In this document: one piece after another, positions 1-10,492 of the stretch
Layout of the letters: each line of letters opens with the position of its first letter
Position numbering within the stretch: position 1 is the first letter of the stretch
Assembly: GCA_041497675.1 (NCBI GenBank)
Contig: JBGQGY010000002.1
Coordinates: 18,392 to 82,391 of the forward strand
Direction of reading: 5' to 3'
Origin: a bacterium
Lineage (GTDB): Bacteria > Sysuimicrobiota > Sysuimicrobiia > Sysuimicrobiales > Humicultoraceae
DNA length: 64,000 nucleotides
Translations under genes and position numbers: made by a program
The notes under the pieces: model-generated
What the model was told of the DNA's origin: nothing
Seen by the model: the letters and a program-made list of their open reading frames with translations, nothing else
Database searches by the model: none

Positions 1-289
1 CCGCGTTCGCCCGGGCGATACTGTCCAGCACCGGCGCCGCGATCATGGGGATTGGCACCGTCAGCAGTCCCGCCACGAACACGATTCCCGAGAAGAGGGC
101 AGGCGACGGGTACCGATCGGCGAACCGCCCGCCGACCGCGTACCCAACGCTGAGCGCGGCCAGGAAGACCCCAATCAGGCTGCCCCAGACGTAGATCGAG
201 TTGCCAAAGTACGGCGCGAGCACGCGGCTGGCAATGATTTCCAGCGACAACAGCACTCCGCCGCTGGTAAAGACAATGATCTCGAGAAT
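1..289 (-). CDS. Fused MFS/spermidine-synthase-type membrane protein, N-terminal part (runs off the window edge)
   Basis: Hand translation ILEIIVFTSGGVLLSLEIIASRVLAPYFGNSIYVWGSLIGVFLAALSVGYAVGGRFADR matches the typical N-terminus of this family. Not in the ORF track. An in-frame TGA lies just upstream, so the apparent start is ATT at 289, behind SD GGAGGTGA. Confidence 0.75.
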   Translation of the reverse strand, partial: MLEIIVFTSGGVLLSLEIIASRVLAPYFGNSIYVWGSLIGVFLAALSVGYAVGGRFADRYPSPALFSGIVFVAGLLTVPIPMIAAPVLDSIARANA

Positions 290-618
290 GACCCCTCACC
301 TCCGCAACATCAGAGCCGTCTGCCGATCCAGTGGTTGGTGACTAAGAGCATACATCTCCGCGGAACAGATTCCCTTCGCTGATTTCAGCGAAGCCATGTA
401 CCTCCTCGGCGACGCCGCCGGGTGGATGGGCCAGGAACCGCTGTGGCGTCTGGTACGTCGCGGAGACCTTCATCTTGCGGAGAGTCACTCGAGAGCGATC
501 GTGAGAATGGCCGCCCTGATGGCAAAATACCGCGACCTGCCCAAACCCTTCGAACTCATCCCCTGATGATCTCGTCGATCATGCCCACCTGTCCTGGCTT
601 ACGACCTCTTCACGCGGC

Positions 619-3240
619 TCAAGCGGTCACGGACACAGCGGTCTCGAAGACCAACCCGCCGCGTTGATGATCGATCCTGATGTGATCGCCGTGCTTCACC
701 TCGCTACCCAACACCTTCCGGGCAATGACGTTTTCGATTTCCTTCTGGATGAGCCGCCGTAGCGGGCGCGCGCCGAAGTCCGGGTTGTACCCTTCGTGCG
801 CCAGGTATTGCTTGGCCGCGTCGGTGATCTCGAGCCCGATGCCCTGACTCACGAGCCGGGCCGCCAGATGCGCCGCCTGCAGGCCCACGATCTCGACCAG
901 CTGTTCCTGCGAGAGGGGCTGGAACACGATGATCTCGTCGATGCGGTTGAGGAACTCGGGCCGCATCGCCTTGCGCAGCTCTCCCAGCACCAGCACGCGG
1001 GCCATCTCGAAAGCCGCGGGATCCTTGCTTTCGAGCCCCTGGAGGTGCCGGCTGCCGAGGTTGCTGGTCATGATAATGACGGTATTCTTGAAATCGACCG
1101 TGCGGCCGTGGCCGTCGGTCAGACGGCCATCGTCCAGGATCTGCAAGAGCAGATTGAATACATCTGGGTGCGCCTTTTCGATCTCGTCGAAGAGGATGAC
1201 GCGATATGGGCGGCGCCGCACAGCCTCGGTCAACTGGCCGCCCTCGTCGAACCCTACGTACCCGGGGGGCGCACCGACCAGACGGCTGACCGTGTGCCGT
1301 TCCTGGTACTCGGACATGTCGAGACGCACCATCGCGTCCTCGTCATCGAACAACTGGTGAGCGAGCGCGCGCGCCAGCTCGGTCTTCCCGACGCCGGTGG
1401 GTCCCAGAAACAGGAACGACCCGATCGGGCGTCGTGGATCCTTCAATCCGGCGCGGGCGCGACGGATGGCATCGGCGACGGCGGTGACGGCTTCGTCCTG
1501 CCCCACCACGCGCTCGTGCAACCGCTCTTCAAGATGCAGCAGCTTCGCCATCTCGCCTTCGAGCAACCGCTGCACGGGCACACCGGTCCAGCGCGCGACG
1601 ACCTCCGCGACATCGTCGGCGGTGACCTCCTCGTTGAGCAGGCCACCGTTCTCCTGGATGGTGCGCAGTCGCTCCGTATGCGCCTTCAACTGCCGCTCCA
1701 GATCCGGCACGACCCCGTAGCGCAGCCGGGCCGCGGCTTCCAGATCAGCGCGGCGCTCAGCCTCCTCGATCTGGTGGCGGGCTTCTTCGATCTTTTGCTT
1801 GGTATCGCGGATCGCCGTGATCGCTTGCTTCTCTTGCTCCCACTTCGCGCGGATCGCCTGCGAGGACTCGCGCAGCGACGCCAGCTCTTCTTCGAGCTTC
1901 TGTAGCCGGTCCCGGCTCGCCGCATCGGTCTCACGCCGCAGGGCCTCGCGCTCGATCTCCAGTTGCATGATCCGGCGGTCGACCTCGTCGAGCTCGGCCG
2001 GTTTGCTGTCGATCTCCATGCGCAGCCGGCTCGCGGCCTCATCCATCAGATCGATCGCCTTGTCGGGCAGAAACCGTGCGCTGATGTAGCGATCCGACAG
2101 CATGGCGGCGGCCACGACGGCTGAGTCGGTGATCCGCACGCCGTGGTGGACCTCGTAGCGCTCTTTCAGACCACGCAGGATGCTGATGGTGTCTTCGACG
2201 GACGGCTCCCCGACCAAGACCGGCTGGAACCGGCGCTCCAGGGCGGGATCCTTCTCGATGTGCTTGCCGTATTCGTCGAGTGTCGTGGCGCCGATGGCGT
2301 GCAGCTCGCCGCGCGCCAGCATCGGCTTCAAGAGATTGGCCGCGTCGATGGCGCCTTCTGCCGCGCCCGCTCCAACCACGGTGTGCAATTCGTCGATGAA
2401 AAGGATGATCTGCCCCTGGCTCGCGGCGATCTCCTTCAACACGGCCTTGAGGCGCTCTTCGAATTCCCCGCGGAACTTCGTCCCGGCCACCAGCGCGCCC
2501 ATATCCAGGGCGACCACACGCCGGTTCTTGAGCCCTTCGGGGACGTCGCCGCGCACAATCCGTTGCGCGAGACCTTCGACGATGGCCGTCTTGCCCACGC
2601 CGGGATCGCCGATCAGCACCGGGTTGTTCTTGGTGCGGCGGGAAAGCACCTGAATCACCCTGCGGATCTCTTCGTCTCGACCGATGACCGGATCGAGCTT
2701 TCCGGCCGCTGCGAGCTGTGTGAGATCGCGGCCGTAGCGCTCGAGCGCCTGGTATTTACTCTCGGGGTTCGGATCGGTGACCCGCTGCTGGCCGCGCACG
2801 TCCTCCAGCACCTCATACAACCGGTCACGGGTCACGCCGAGGTCGGCGAGATGCCGGCCGGCCTGACCGTCTTGCTCGTCCATGATGCCGAGCAGCAGAT
2901 GCTCGGCGCTGAGGTACTCATCCTTGAGCCGGTCGGCCTCCCGCTGCGCGGTTTCCAGCACGCGCGCCAGGCGGGGCGACAGCATGATGCCCCCGGCCGG
3001 GGCACCGCCCGAGACCTTTGGGCGGCGTTCCAGATCGGCCACAAGCCGCGTGCGCAGCACGCGGGGGTCGACGTTCAACTTCAGCAGTAACTGCGGAACG
3101 AGCCCCTCGCTCTGCTCGACGAGCGCCACCAACAGGTGCTCGGGGTCCACGGCCTGATGACCGCGGGTCGTCGCCTCTTGTTGGGCGCCCAGCAGTGCTT
3201 CCTGCGCTTTCTCAGTGAATCGGTCAAATCGCATCGCCAT
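619..3240 (-). CDS. clpB: ATP-dependent disaggregase ClpB
   Basis: 873 aa; Clp N repeats, two AAA+ modules ([16 protein letters not shown]), [11 protein letters not shown] pore loop, coiled-coil middle domain. Confidence 0.98.
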   Translation of the reverse strand: MAMRFDRFTEKAQEALLGAQQEATTRGHQAVDPEHLLVALVEQSEGLVPQLLLKLNVDPRVLRTRLVADLERRPKVSGGAPAGGIMLSPRLARVLETAQREADRLKDEYLSAEHLLLGIMDEQDGQAGRHLADLGVTRDRLYEVLEDVRGQQRVTDPNPESKYQALERYGRDLTQLAAAGKLDPVIGRDEEIRRVIQVLSRRTKNNPVLIGDPGVGKTAIVEGLAQRIVRGDVPEGLKNRRVVALDMGALVAGTKFRGEFEERLKAVLKEIAASQGQIILFIDELHTVVGAGAAEGAIDAANLLKPMLARGELHAIGATTLDEYGKHIEKDPALERRFQPVLVGEPSVEDTISILRGLKERYEVHHGVRITDSAVVAAAMLSDRYISARFLPDKAIDLMDEAASRLRMEIDSKPAELDEVDRRIMQLEIEREALRRETDAASRDRLQKLEEELASLRESSQAIRAKWEQEKQAITAIRDTKQKIEEARHQIEEAERRADLEAAARLRYGVVPDLERQLKAHTERLRTIQENGGLLNEEVTADDVAEVVARWTGVPVQRLLEGEMAKLLHLEERLHERVVGQDEAVTAVADAIRRARAGLKDPRRPIGSFLFLGPTGVGKTELARALAHQLFDDEDAMVRLDMSEYQERHTVSRLVGAPPGYVGFDEGGQLTEAVRRRPYRVILFDEIEKAHPDVFNLLLQILDDGRLTDGHGRTVDFKNTVIIMTSNLGSRHLQGLESKDPAAFEMARVLVLGELRKAMRPEFLNRIDEIIVFQPLSQEQLVEIVGLQAAHLAARLVSQGIGLEITDAAKQYLAHEGYNPDFGARPLRRLIQKEIENVIARKVLGSEVKHGDHIRIDHQRGGLVFETAVSVTA

Positions 3241-3252
3241 GATCGTCTGCTC

Positions 3253-4221
3253 CTACGCCTTCAACCCCGCCCTGGGATTCTCAGTTTGTGTCGTCTGGAG
3301 TTCCTCAATCAACTCGCGCTGGCGTTTCGTAAGCCCCGTCGGCGTGACGACCTTCGTTCGAACGTAGAGATCGCCTCGCCCGCCGCCGCGCGCATGCGGC
3401 ATGCCCAACCCTTTGAGCCGCAGCCGGCGTCCGGTCTGCGTCTCCGGTGGCACGGTCATGGTCACATTGCCGTCGAGCGTCGGCACGTCGATCTGCGCGC
3501 CCAGCGCGGCCTCCGCGACCGTGACCGGCACTTCAATCGTCACATCGTCGTCGGTGCGCTCGAACAGCCTATGCGGCATGACCTGCATCATCAGATAGAC
3601 GTCGCGATGGCCCGCGGCCCCGGCCAGCCGGATCGTCTGGCCCGAGCGCACTCCCCGCGGGATCTGCACGTCGACGCGCTTGCTCCCGGGCAGTTCGATC
3701 TGCCGCCGCGCCCCATGGAACGCCTCGTCGAGCGTGATCTCGACGACGGAGTCCGGCGGTGGCGTCTCGGCTCCGGCAGTGGCCGCGGCATCAGCCGCCC
3801 ATTCGCCGGCCTGCGGAGCGGCGGCGCCACCGGGCCGCCGCCCAAATCCAAACAACTGCTGGAAGAAATCACTAAACCCGCCGCCCTGACCAAACAAGTC
3901 CTGAAGGTCTCGGGCGTCGCCGACTCTGAACGTGACACCGCCGGGTGCGCTCCACCCTCGTTGCCCGCCGCCGCCGAAGAGATCGTTGAGCGGAACACCG
4001 CTCTTGTACGCATCGTAGATCTGATCGTACTGTGCGCGCTTCTGCTGATCATTGAGGGCCTGATAGGCCTCGTTGATCTCTTTGAAGCGGTCTTCGGCGC
4101 CCTTGCCTTTGTTGACGTCCGGATGGTGCTTGCGCGCGAGACGGCGGAACGCCTGGTTGATCGCCTTCTGGTCCGCGGCGCGGTCAACACCCAGGAGCTT
4201 GTAGTAGTCCTTGAACTCCAT
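3253..4221 (-). CDS. dnaJ: Class B J-domain co-chaperone (DnaJ/CbpA-like, no zinc finger)
   Basis: DYYKLLGV...HHPDVN J-domain, G/F-rich region, C-terminal domain; no CxxCxGxG repeats. Confidence 0.92.
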   Translation of the reverse strand: MEFKDYYKLLGVDRAADQKAINQAFRRLARKHHPDVNKGKGAEDRFKEINEAYQALNDQQKRAQYDQIYDAYKSGVPLNDLFGGGGQRGWSAPGGVTFRVGDARDLQDLFGQGGGFSDFFQQLFGFGRRPGGAAAPQAGEWAADAAATAGAETPPPDSVVEITLDEAFHGARRQIELPGSKRVDVQIPRGVRSGQTIRLAGAAGHRDVYLMMQVMPHRLFERTDDDVTIEVPVTVAEAALGAQIDVPTLDGNVTMTVPPETQTGRRLRLKGLGMPHARGGGRGDLYVRTKVVTPTGLTKRQRELIEELQTTQTENPRAGLKA

Positions 4222-4238
4222 GCGCGGACCCAGGTGCG

Positions 4239-4796
4239 CTACTGCGCCACGCGTACTCGCGCGGGACGCAGCACCTCGTCGCCGACGAAGTACCCGCGCT
4301 GCACCTCGTCGACGACGGTCCCAACCTGCGCCGTCTCCGTGGCCGGGACCGCATCGACCGCTTCGTGCACGCGCGGATCAAAGGTCTGGCCAACGCTTTC
4401 CATGGCCCGCACTCCAACATTCGCCAGCCGTTCGAGCACCTGACGGTGCGCGAGGCGGAGGCCATCGCCGATCGCCGAGGCCGCGTGGCCCTCGCCCGCG
4501 GTAGCACCGGCGTGGGCAATGGCACGCTCCAGTGTGTCCAGGACCCCCAAGATCACCATCAACATCGACCGGCGGGTGACGGCTACCGCGTCTTCACGCT
4601 GCCGCGCCGCCTGCTTCCGGTAGTTTTCCAGATCGGCCGCAGCCCGCAGGAACTGCTGCCAGTTGCGGTCCGCCTCGCCTCTCAGGCGGGCGACGTCGGC
4701 CTGCAGGCTCTCAAGCGTCGACGGAGCTTCCGCCGCGGGCTCGCCGGCATCGTCGGCCCCTATTTCACCGTTGGTAGGCCGCCGCTGATCCATCAC
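4239..4796 (-). CDS. grpE: Nucleotide exchange factor GrpE
   Basis: RAAADLENYRK, FDPRVHEAV and QRGY...VLRPARVRV motifs; lies between dnaK and dnaJ. Confidence 0.96.
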   Translation of the reverse strand: MMDQRRPTNGEIGADDAGEPAAEAPSTLESLQADVARLRGEADRNWQQFLRAAADLENYRKQAARQREDAVAVTRRSMLMVILGVLDTLERAIAHAGATAGEGHAASAIGDGLRLAHRQVLERLANVGVRAMESVGQTFDPRVHEAVDAVPATETAQVGTVVDEVQRGYFVGDEVLRPARVRVAQ

Positions 4797-4802
4797 GCCA
4801 CC

Positions 4803-6710
4803 CTAGGTGCTCGGCTTGTACTCGGCATCGATCACCTCGTCGCCGGGTTTCGTCGACTGTCCGGGCGCCCCGCTGCCGGCCGCACCCGCGCCCGCCGGCG
4901 CACCGGCCGCGGCCTTGTACATCGCCTCGCTCAACTTGTATGACGCCTGCTGGACGGCGTCGGCAGCGCGCTTGATGCGTTCGAGATCCTGACCGCCGAG
5001 TGCCTCGCGCAGCTCTTTCAGCGCACTGTCCACCTGGGCGCGCTCGTCCCCTGAGATCTTGTCGCCGTGATCCTTGAGCAGTTTCTCGACCTGGTAGGCG
5101 ACCGAATCGCCGCGGTTGCGTACCTCAGCGGCGTCGCGGGTTGCCTGGTCCTCGGCCGCGAAACTCTCGGCCTCTTTGACCATCTTGTCGACTTCCCTCT
5201 TGTCGAGTGTCGACGTCCCAGTGATCTTGATGGACTGCTCGCGATTGGTGGCCTTATCCTTGGCCGTCACGTTCAGGATGCCGTTGGCGTCGATGTCAAA
5301 GGTCACCTCGACCTGCGGCATACCACGCGGGGCAAGCGGAATCCCGTCGAGGGTGAACCGGCCCAGCGTGCGATTGTCGCGCGCCATCGGCCGCTCGCCC
5401 TGTTGCACATGGATCTCCACCTGCGTCTGGCCGTCGGCCGCCGTCGTGTACGTCTCGGTCTTGCGCGTCGGGATCGTGGTATTGCGCGGCACCATCGGTG
5501 TCAGCACGCCGCCCAGCGTCTCGACGCCCAGCGTCAGCGGTGTCACGTCCAGCAGGACGACCTCGCGGACCTCTCCTGCCAGCACACCGGCCTGGATCGC
5601 CGCGCCGAGCGCGACCACTTCGTCGGGATGGACCTCGCGGTTGGGTTCTCGACCCGTCATACGCCGCACGAGTTCCTGGATCATCGGCATGCGCGTCGCG
5701 CCGCCCACGAGGATAACCTCGTTGAGGTCTTTCTCGGACAGCTTGGCGTCGGCGAGCGCCTGCTTGAACGGGCCCATGCAGCGCTCGACCAGGTCGGCGG
5801 TCAACTCTTCGAACTTCGCGCGGGTCAGCACCATGTCGAGGTGCTTCGGCCCCGTCGCGTCGGCCGTAATGAAGGGCAGGTTGATCGTCGTCTGCACGAC
5901 CGTGGACAGCTCGACCTTCGCGCGCTCAGATGCCTCGCGCAGCCGCTGCAGCGCCTGCCGGTCTTGGCGCAGATCGATGCCCTGCTGCTTCCTGAACTCG
6001 TCCGCCAGCCAGTTGACGATGCGCTCATCCCAGTCGTCGCCGCCCAGGTGTGTATCGCCGTTGGTGGCCTTGACGTGGAACACGCCCTCGCCAATTTCGA
6101 GAATGGAGACATCGAAGGTGCCGCCGCCCAGGTCGAAGACGAGCACCGTCTCGGCGCCCTTCTTTTCGAGGCCATAGGCGAGACAGGACGCCGTGGGCTC
6201 GTTAATGATACGCAGCACCTTCAGCCCGGCAATCTCGCCGGCGTTCTTGGTCGCCGTACGCTGGGCATCATTGAAGTAGGCGGGCACGGTGATGACCGCT
6301 TCGGTGACCTTCTCGCCCAGGTACGCTTCGGCATCGGTCTTGAGCTTCTGCAAGACCATCGCCGAGATCTCTTCGGGCGTAAACGTCTTCCCCGCGGCCG
6401 GGATGCGCACCACGGCCATGCCGTTCTGACCTTCCTCGACCTTGTAGGGCACGATCCGGCGCTCCGAGTCGACCTCGGCGTACCGGCGGCCCATGAAGCG
6501 CTTGATCGAGGACACCGTGTTCTCGGGATTGAGGATGCCCTGGCGCTTGGCCATTTGCCCGACCAACCGCTCGCCGGTCTTGGTGAACCCCACCACCGAC
6601 GGCGTCAGCCGGCCCCCCTCGCTGTTGGGGATCACCTGCGTCTCGCCGCCGATGACGACAGCGATGACCGAGTTCGTCGTGCCAAGATCGATACCGACAA
6701 CCTTGCCCAT
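4803..6710 (-). CDS. dnaK: Chaperone DnaK (Hsp70)
   Basis: [33 protein letters not shown] linker, VIDAEY tail. Confidence 0.99.
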   Translation of the reverse strand: MGKVVGIDLGTTNSVIAVVIGGETQVIPNSEGGRLTPSVVGFTKTGERLVGQMAKRQGILNPENTVSSIKRFMGRRYAEVDSERRIVPYKVEEGQNGMAVVRIPAAGKTFTPEEISAMVLQKLKTDAEAYLGEKVTEAVITVPAYFNDAQRTATKNAGEIAGLKVLRIINEPTASCLAYGLEKKGAETVLVFDLGGGTFDVSILEIGEGVFHVKATNGDTHLGGDDWDERIVNWLADEFRKQQGIDLRQDRQALQRLREASERAKVELSTVVQTTINLPFITADATGPKHLDMVLTRAKFEELTADLVERCMGPFKQALADAKLSEKDLNEVILVGGATRMPMIQELVRRMTGREPNREVHPDEVVALGAAIQAGVLAGEVREVVLLDVTPLTLGVETLGGVLTPMVPRNTTIPTRKTETYTTAADGQTQVEIHVQQGERPMARDNRTLGRFTLDGIPLAPRGMPQVEVTFDIDANGILNVTAKDKATNREQSIKITGTSTLDKREVDKMVKEAESFAAEDQATRDAAEVRNRGDSVAYQVEKLLKDHGDKISGDERAQVDSALKELREALGGQDLERIKRAADAVQQASYKLSEAMYKAAAGAPAGAGAAGSGAPGQSTKPGDEVIDAEYKPST

Positions 6711-6747
6711 GGTTCTGCTCCCTTCCCCTGAATGCCCGGGGAACGCT

Positions 6748-7191
6748 CTAGTCTTCGACTGCTACCGAAACGGTCTTTGGACGGACGCGCTCGGCCTTCG
6801 GGATCTTCACCTCCAGAATACCCTGCTTGAAGGTGGCCTTCGTCTCGTCGCTCTTGACCTCATTGGGGAGCGCAATCGTTCGTTGGAACGCGCCATACCG
6901 CAGTTCACGCCGGTAGTAATTGCGGCCCTTGTCCTCGTGCTCAGCTTTCGCCTCGCCCTTGATCGTGAGGCCCTCAGCTGTGACCGTGACGCCTACGCTC
7001 TTGGGGTCGATGCCCGGCAGCTCAGCCTTCACCACGACCTCATGATCGGTCTCGTAGACTTCCAGGGCGGGCTGCCAGACCAGGGGGCCTGATGTCCGCG
7101 GCCTGCGGCTGAAGAAGTCCTCAAACAACCGGTCCATTGACTCCCGCATGGACATCATCTCATCGAACGGCTCCCAGCGGATCATGCTCAT
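6748..7191 (-). CDS. Small heat shock protein Hsp20/alpha-crystallin
   Basis: WEPF N-terminus, [35 protein letters not shown]. Confidence 0.95.
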   Translation of the reverse strand: MSMIRWEPFDEMMSMRESMDRLFEDFFSRRPRTSGPLVWQPALEVYETDHEVVVKAELPGIDPKSVGVTVTAEGLTIKGEAKAEHEDKGRNYYRRELRYGAFQRTIALPNEVKSDETKATFKQGILEVKIPKAERVRPKTVSVAVED

Positions 7192-7544
7192 GACTTTTCC
7201 CCCCCCTGTCCTTCGAGGATGCGTTCCACCAGCCAGTCCACTGCATTTGCGTCGTCGTTGCGGTAGTGCAACCGTTCGTGCACTTCGAGGATCAGACGCA
7301 CGCCGGCCAAGTTCAGCCGATGCAGCTCAATCAACTGCCGGATGACCCTGACCCGCTCGATGTCGTGGTCCGAGTACAGGCGGATTCGGTTACGCCGGAC
7401 CGGGCTCAGCAGCCCCCTCGCCTCGTAGATCCTGAGGGTGCGAGGGTGCAAGCCAGTGATCTCCGCAGCGACGCTGATGACATAGACGGGTCTCGCTCCT
7501 CTCGCCCCGCCCCTGTCTGCGATTCTGGCCCGGCTCCTCGTCAT
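7188..7544 (-). CDS. hspR: MerR-family heat-shock repressor HspR
   Basis: PVYVISVAAEITGLHPRTLRIYE...RLYSDHDIERV...LNLAGV signature; first gene of the chaperone operon, ATGA-coupled to hsp20. Confidence 0.88.
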   Translation of the reverse strand: MTRSRARIADRGGARGARPVYVISVAAEITGLHPRTLRIYEARGLLSPVRRNRIRLYSDHDIERVRVIRQLIELHRLNLAGVRLILEVHERLHYRNDDANAVDWLVERILEGQGGEKS

Positions 7545-7567
7545 TGGCAGAACCCCTGATAACTATC

Positions 7568-7604
7568 CTGACAATATCATTGTCAATCTTTCTGCGTTTG
7601 TCAA
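7568..7604. promoter_or_regulatory. HAIR-like operator (minus strand TTGACA-N7-TGTCAG) plus a third TTGACA half-site 18 bp upstream
   Basis: Inverted repeat TGACAAT-ATC-ATTGTCA at 7569-7585 in an AT-rich patch just upstream of hspR; same N7 geometry as the HspR HAIR CTTGAGT-N7-ACTCAAG. Confidence 0.65.
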
Positions 7605-7638
7605 CACCCATCATTGGGCGAGTGTGGAAGCGGGCTGT

Positions 7639-8292
7639 CTAGCGGACGAGACCCTTGCGGATAGCGTGCGCGACCGCCTGTGACCGATCGCGCACTCCGA
7701 TCTTGCGGTAGATCGTGCGAAGGTGGCTCTTGATGGTGCTCTCAGAGACGAAGAGTTTCGACGCCAGCTCGCGGGGGCTCGCACCGTTCGCGATCCCCAC
7801 GAGGATCTCGACTTCCCGATTGGTCAGTCCGTGGCTATGAAGACGCGCCCCGCCGTTGGAGCGCCCGCGCGACATCGAGGAGATCCGATCGAGCAGCTTG
7901 CGGGTCACGCCGGGGTGCACCGCCGACATCCCCGCCCGCACGGCCCGGATGGCGCGGACGAGATTCTCGGGGGTAATATCCTTGAGGATGTAGCCGCTGG
8001 CGCCGGCCTGGATGGCCTCGAACACGACTTCGTCGTCATCAAACGCCGTGAGCACCAACACTTCCAGGCTGCCGTTGTTCTTCTTAATACGTCTAATGGC
8101 TTCGACCCCATCCAGCTTGGGAAGCCGAATGTCCATGAGCACAATGTCGGGCTTGAGCTCCGCCGAGAGCCGCACGGCTTCCTCGCCATCACCGGCTTCG
8201 GCCACGATGCGCAAATCGGGCTCCCGATCGAGCAGGAGCTTGAGCCCTGACCGCACGAGCAGCTGGTCTTCGACCAGCAGGATGCTGATCAC
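7639..8292 (-). CDS. NarL/LuxR-family response regulator (copy 1)
   Basis: REC domain (VEDQ, LMDI, LK) and LuxR HTH (LTNREVEIL...TIKSHL); start moved to GTG 8292 behind GGAGG. Confidence 0.94.
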   Translation of the reverse strand: MISILLVEDQLLVRSGLKLLLDREPDLRIVAEAGDGEEAVRLSAELKPDIVLMDIRLPKLDGVEAIRRIKKNNGSLEVLVLTAFDDDEVVFEAIQAGASGYILKDITPENLVRAIRAVRAGMSAVHPGVTRKLLDRISSMSRGRSNGGARLHSHGLTNREVEILVGIANGASPRELASKLFVSESTIKSHLRTIYRKIGVRDRSQAVAHAIRKGLVR

Positions 8293-8372
8293 GTCGTTCC
8301 TCCACACACGGCTCGACGATGATCGGCAGTCCTCCGGCGATTGCCGACTCGTTCGGAAGAGCGTTTGTTTGT

Positions 8373-8390
8373 GACAGAACGCGTACTGTC
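8373..8390. promoter_or_regulatory. 18-bp near-perfect palindrome, candidate regulator binding site
   Basis: GACAGAACGCGTACTGTC (one mismatched pair) in the intergenic gap between the two response regulators. Confidence 0.35.
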
Positions 8391-8432
8391 TGGTAGATAT
8401 GTTAGCTTCAGTGCCTGCGGTGAGGATTCCTC

Positions 8433-9086
8433 CTAGCGGATGAACCCCTTGCGGATCGCATAGGCGACAGCCTGTGACCGGTCGCGAACACCGATCTTGC
8501 GGTAGATCGTGCGAAGGTGGCTCTTGACGGTGCTCTCCGACACGAACAGTTTGGCCGCCAACTCGCGGCTGGACAGTCCTTTTGACACACCTACCAGGAT
8601 CTCCACTTCCCGCGCCGTCAGACCGTCGCTGTGGATCGGGGCAGCGCCGGGCGTCCGAGCCCGCGACATCAGAGAGATACGCTCCAGCAGCTTCCGCGTG
8701 ATTCCGGGGTGGACCGTCGACATCCCGGCCCGTACGGCGCGGATCGCCCGCACGAGATTGCTTGGCGTAATATCCTTCAACACGTAGCCGCTGGCACCGG
8801 CCTGAATCGCCTGGAACACGCTCTCGTCGTCTTCGTACGCGGAGAGCACCAGTACCTCAACGTCGCCGTTGCCTTCCTTGATCTGGCGCGTCGCCTCGAT
8901 GCCGTCCATCTTGGGGAGCTTGATGTCCATCAGCACAAGGTCGGGCCGCAATTCAGTGGCCATCTTGACGGCCTGTTCCCCGTCCTCGGCCTCGCCGACG
9001 ACGCGGATGTCGGCCTCTTGGTCGAGCAGAGCCCGGAGTCCGGATCGAACCAGACACTGGTCTTCAACGAGCAGGACGCTGATCAC
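8433..9086 (-). CDS. NarL/LuxR-family response regulator (copy 2)
   Basis: 217 aa REC + LuxR HTH, colinear with copy 1. Confidence 0.95.
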   Translation of the reverse strand: MISVLLVEDQCLVRSGLRALLDQEADIRVVGEAEDGEQAVKMATELRPDLVLMDIKLPKMDGIEATRQIKEGNGDVEVLVLSAYEDDESVFQAIQAGASGYVLKDITPSNLVRAIRAVRAGMSTVHPGITRKLLERISLMSRARTPGAAPIHSDGLTAREVEILVGVSKGLSSRELAAKLFVSESTVKSHLRTIYRKIGVRDRSQAVAYAIRKGFIR

Positions 9087-9107
9087 ACAGATTCTCCAAC
9101 TCTCATT

Positions 9108-10205
9108 TTACGCGCCCTTGCGCGCTTCGACTCGCCGGATCGGGAGGGCGATCAGCACCCGCGTACCCCGGCCGGACTGCGAGCGGAGGACGAGCGTACC
9201 TCCAAGCCTCGCGAGCCGTTCTTGCATCGTCATCAATCCGAACGAGAGCCTGCGGGCGTCGATACGCAGCGCCCGCGCCACGTCGAACCCCACCCCGTCG
9301 TCGCGCACCGTGACTTCAAACGCATCTCCTCTGACTCGCCCGTGCACTTCGACGTGCTTTGCCGACGAATGCCGGTAGACGTTGGCCAGGGCTTCGTTGA
9401 TGACCTGGAACACCTCGTCGGCGGTGGTCTCATCGAGGACCGTATCCGGAGCGCGCCACCGCAGCGAGCACGTCAGCCCGCGCGTCCGCTCCAACCGTGA
9501 CAGCGCTTCTTTCACGCGCTCTTCCAACGTTGCCTCTGGATGCGCGACCCGCAGGTTGCGGATCAGCGCCCGCATTTGCCGGATGGCCTGCTCCAGCTCA
9601 GCTTCAAGACCGGTCAGGGTCTTGGTCGAACCCCGCCGCCCGCCCGCGCGCACAAGCCGCAGGTGCAGCATGATGCCGGAGAGCAACTGCAGCGGACCGT
9701 CATGGATCTCACGGGCTACGCGGTCGCGCACCTCGCTGGTTGTGCTGGCCTCCGTGTGGCGGCGGATCCGCGCTTGCTCGACGCGTCCCACGCTTGCCTG
9801 GACCGCCAGGAGGGCTGCCAAATACCGGTCCGGGGGCGCGACGGGCGAAGACGAAAACAGACCGAGCGCGCCAAACGCACCGCTACCGGCCAATACGGGG
9901 AGTATCACACCGCGCCGGACGGGCTGGCGCAGCGGTCGGTCGCGGCTGGCGAGTTCGATCGGGCGCTTGCGTTGAATGATCTCGGCGTGCCAGCGCTGGA
10001 GCAGCCGTGCCGAGGGCCAGACTGCCTGTGCCGGATGTCGGATTTCGAGGAAGTCGGTTGGGCCGTCGGGAAGCCGCAGCACAGCGACCTCGGCGCCTGA
10101 CAGCGCGGCGGCCTCGCGTACGGCCGACGCGAGGAACGCTGTCTCATCACTACCCGGGGTCGCGCGGGCGATCCGGCTGAAAGCCGCGAAGACCTCCTCA
10201 GGCAC
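9108..10205 (-). CDS. Cytoplasmic sensor histidine kinase (GAF-like + HisKA_3 + HATPase)
   Basis: [13 protein letters not shown]-box, [11 protein letters not shown]-box, [19 protein letters not shown]; no TM segment; start GTG 10205 (GGAGG SD) or ATG 10286. Confidence 0.88.
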   Translation of the reverse strand: MPEEVFAAFSRIARATPGSDETAFLASAVREAAALSGAEVAVLRLPDGPTDFLEIRHPAQAVWPSARLLQRWHAEIIQRKRPIELASRDRPLRQPVRRGVILPVLAGSGAFGALGLFSSSPVAPPDRYLAALLAVQASVGRVEQARIRRHTEASTTSEVRDRVAREIHDGPLQLLSGIMLHLRLVRAGGRRGSTKTLTGLEAELEQAIRQMRALIRNLRVAHPEATLEERVKEALSRLERTRGLTCSLRWRAPDTVLDETTADEVFQVINEALANVYRHSSAKHVEVHGRVRGDAFEVTVRDDGVGFDVARALRIDARRLSFGLMTMQERLARLGGTLVLRSQSGRGTRVLIALPIRRVEARKGA

Positions 10206-10339
10206 GTGACGCTGTCCTCCGGTTGGACCTGGGCCTGCGAACAAGGTTCCAGGATGATGAATATCTAGTCGGAATGCCAGCGACATGACCCTCCGGCAAT
10301 ATCTATTATGCCCATCGTGAGGACTTCTAGACCCGACCG

Positions 10340-10374
10340 GACTACGCCGCTCGGAGGAGTGACTAGGCGGCTCG
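10340..10374. promoter_or_regulatory. 14-bp imperfect direct repeat with 21-bp period upstream of the kinase
   Basis: GACTACGCCGCTCG (10340-10353) and GACTAGGCGGCTCG (10361-10374), 12/14 identical; a CATAAT -10-like hexamer lies downstream on the minus strand. Confidence 0.4.
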
Positions 10375-10492
10375 AAACGTGCCTGCATCCCCCCGTGGCG
10401 GTGCACCACCGGCCGGGGTGCCGTTGGACCAGCATAGGGCCTCGGCGCGTCGGGGGAAAGGCCCGGGGTGGTCTCCCGGCCGGGCGGCGCCC

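Noticed and set aside
311..618. Intergenic gap downstream of clpB and the 81-aa ORF 422..667
   Set aside because: No recognisable protein motif, tRNA, riboswitch or U-tailed terminator that I can support.
5067..6731. 554-aa plus-strand ORF antisense to dnaK (also 796..1905 and 2143..3090 opposite clpB)
   Set aside because: Long antisense ORFs opposite dnaK and other conserved genes are a known artefact of high-GC codon bias; no protein motifs.
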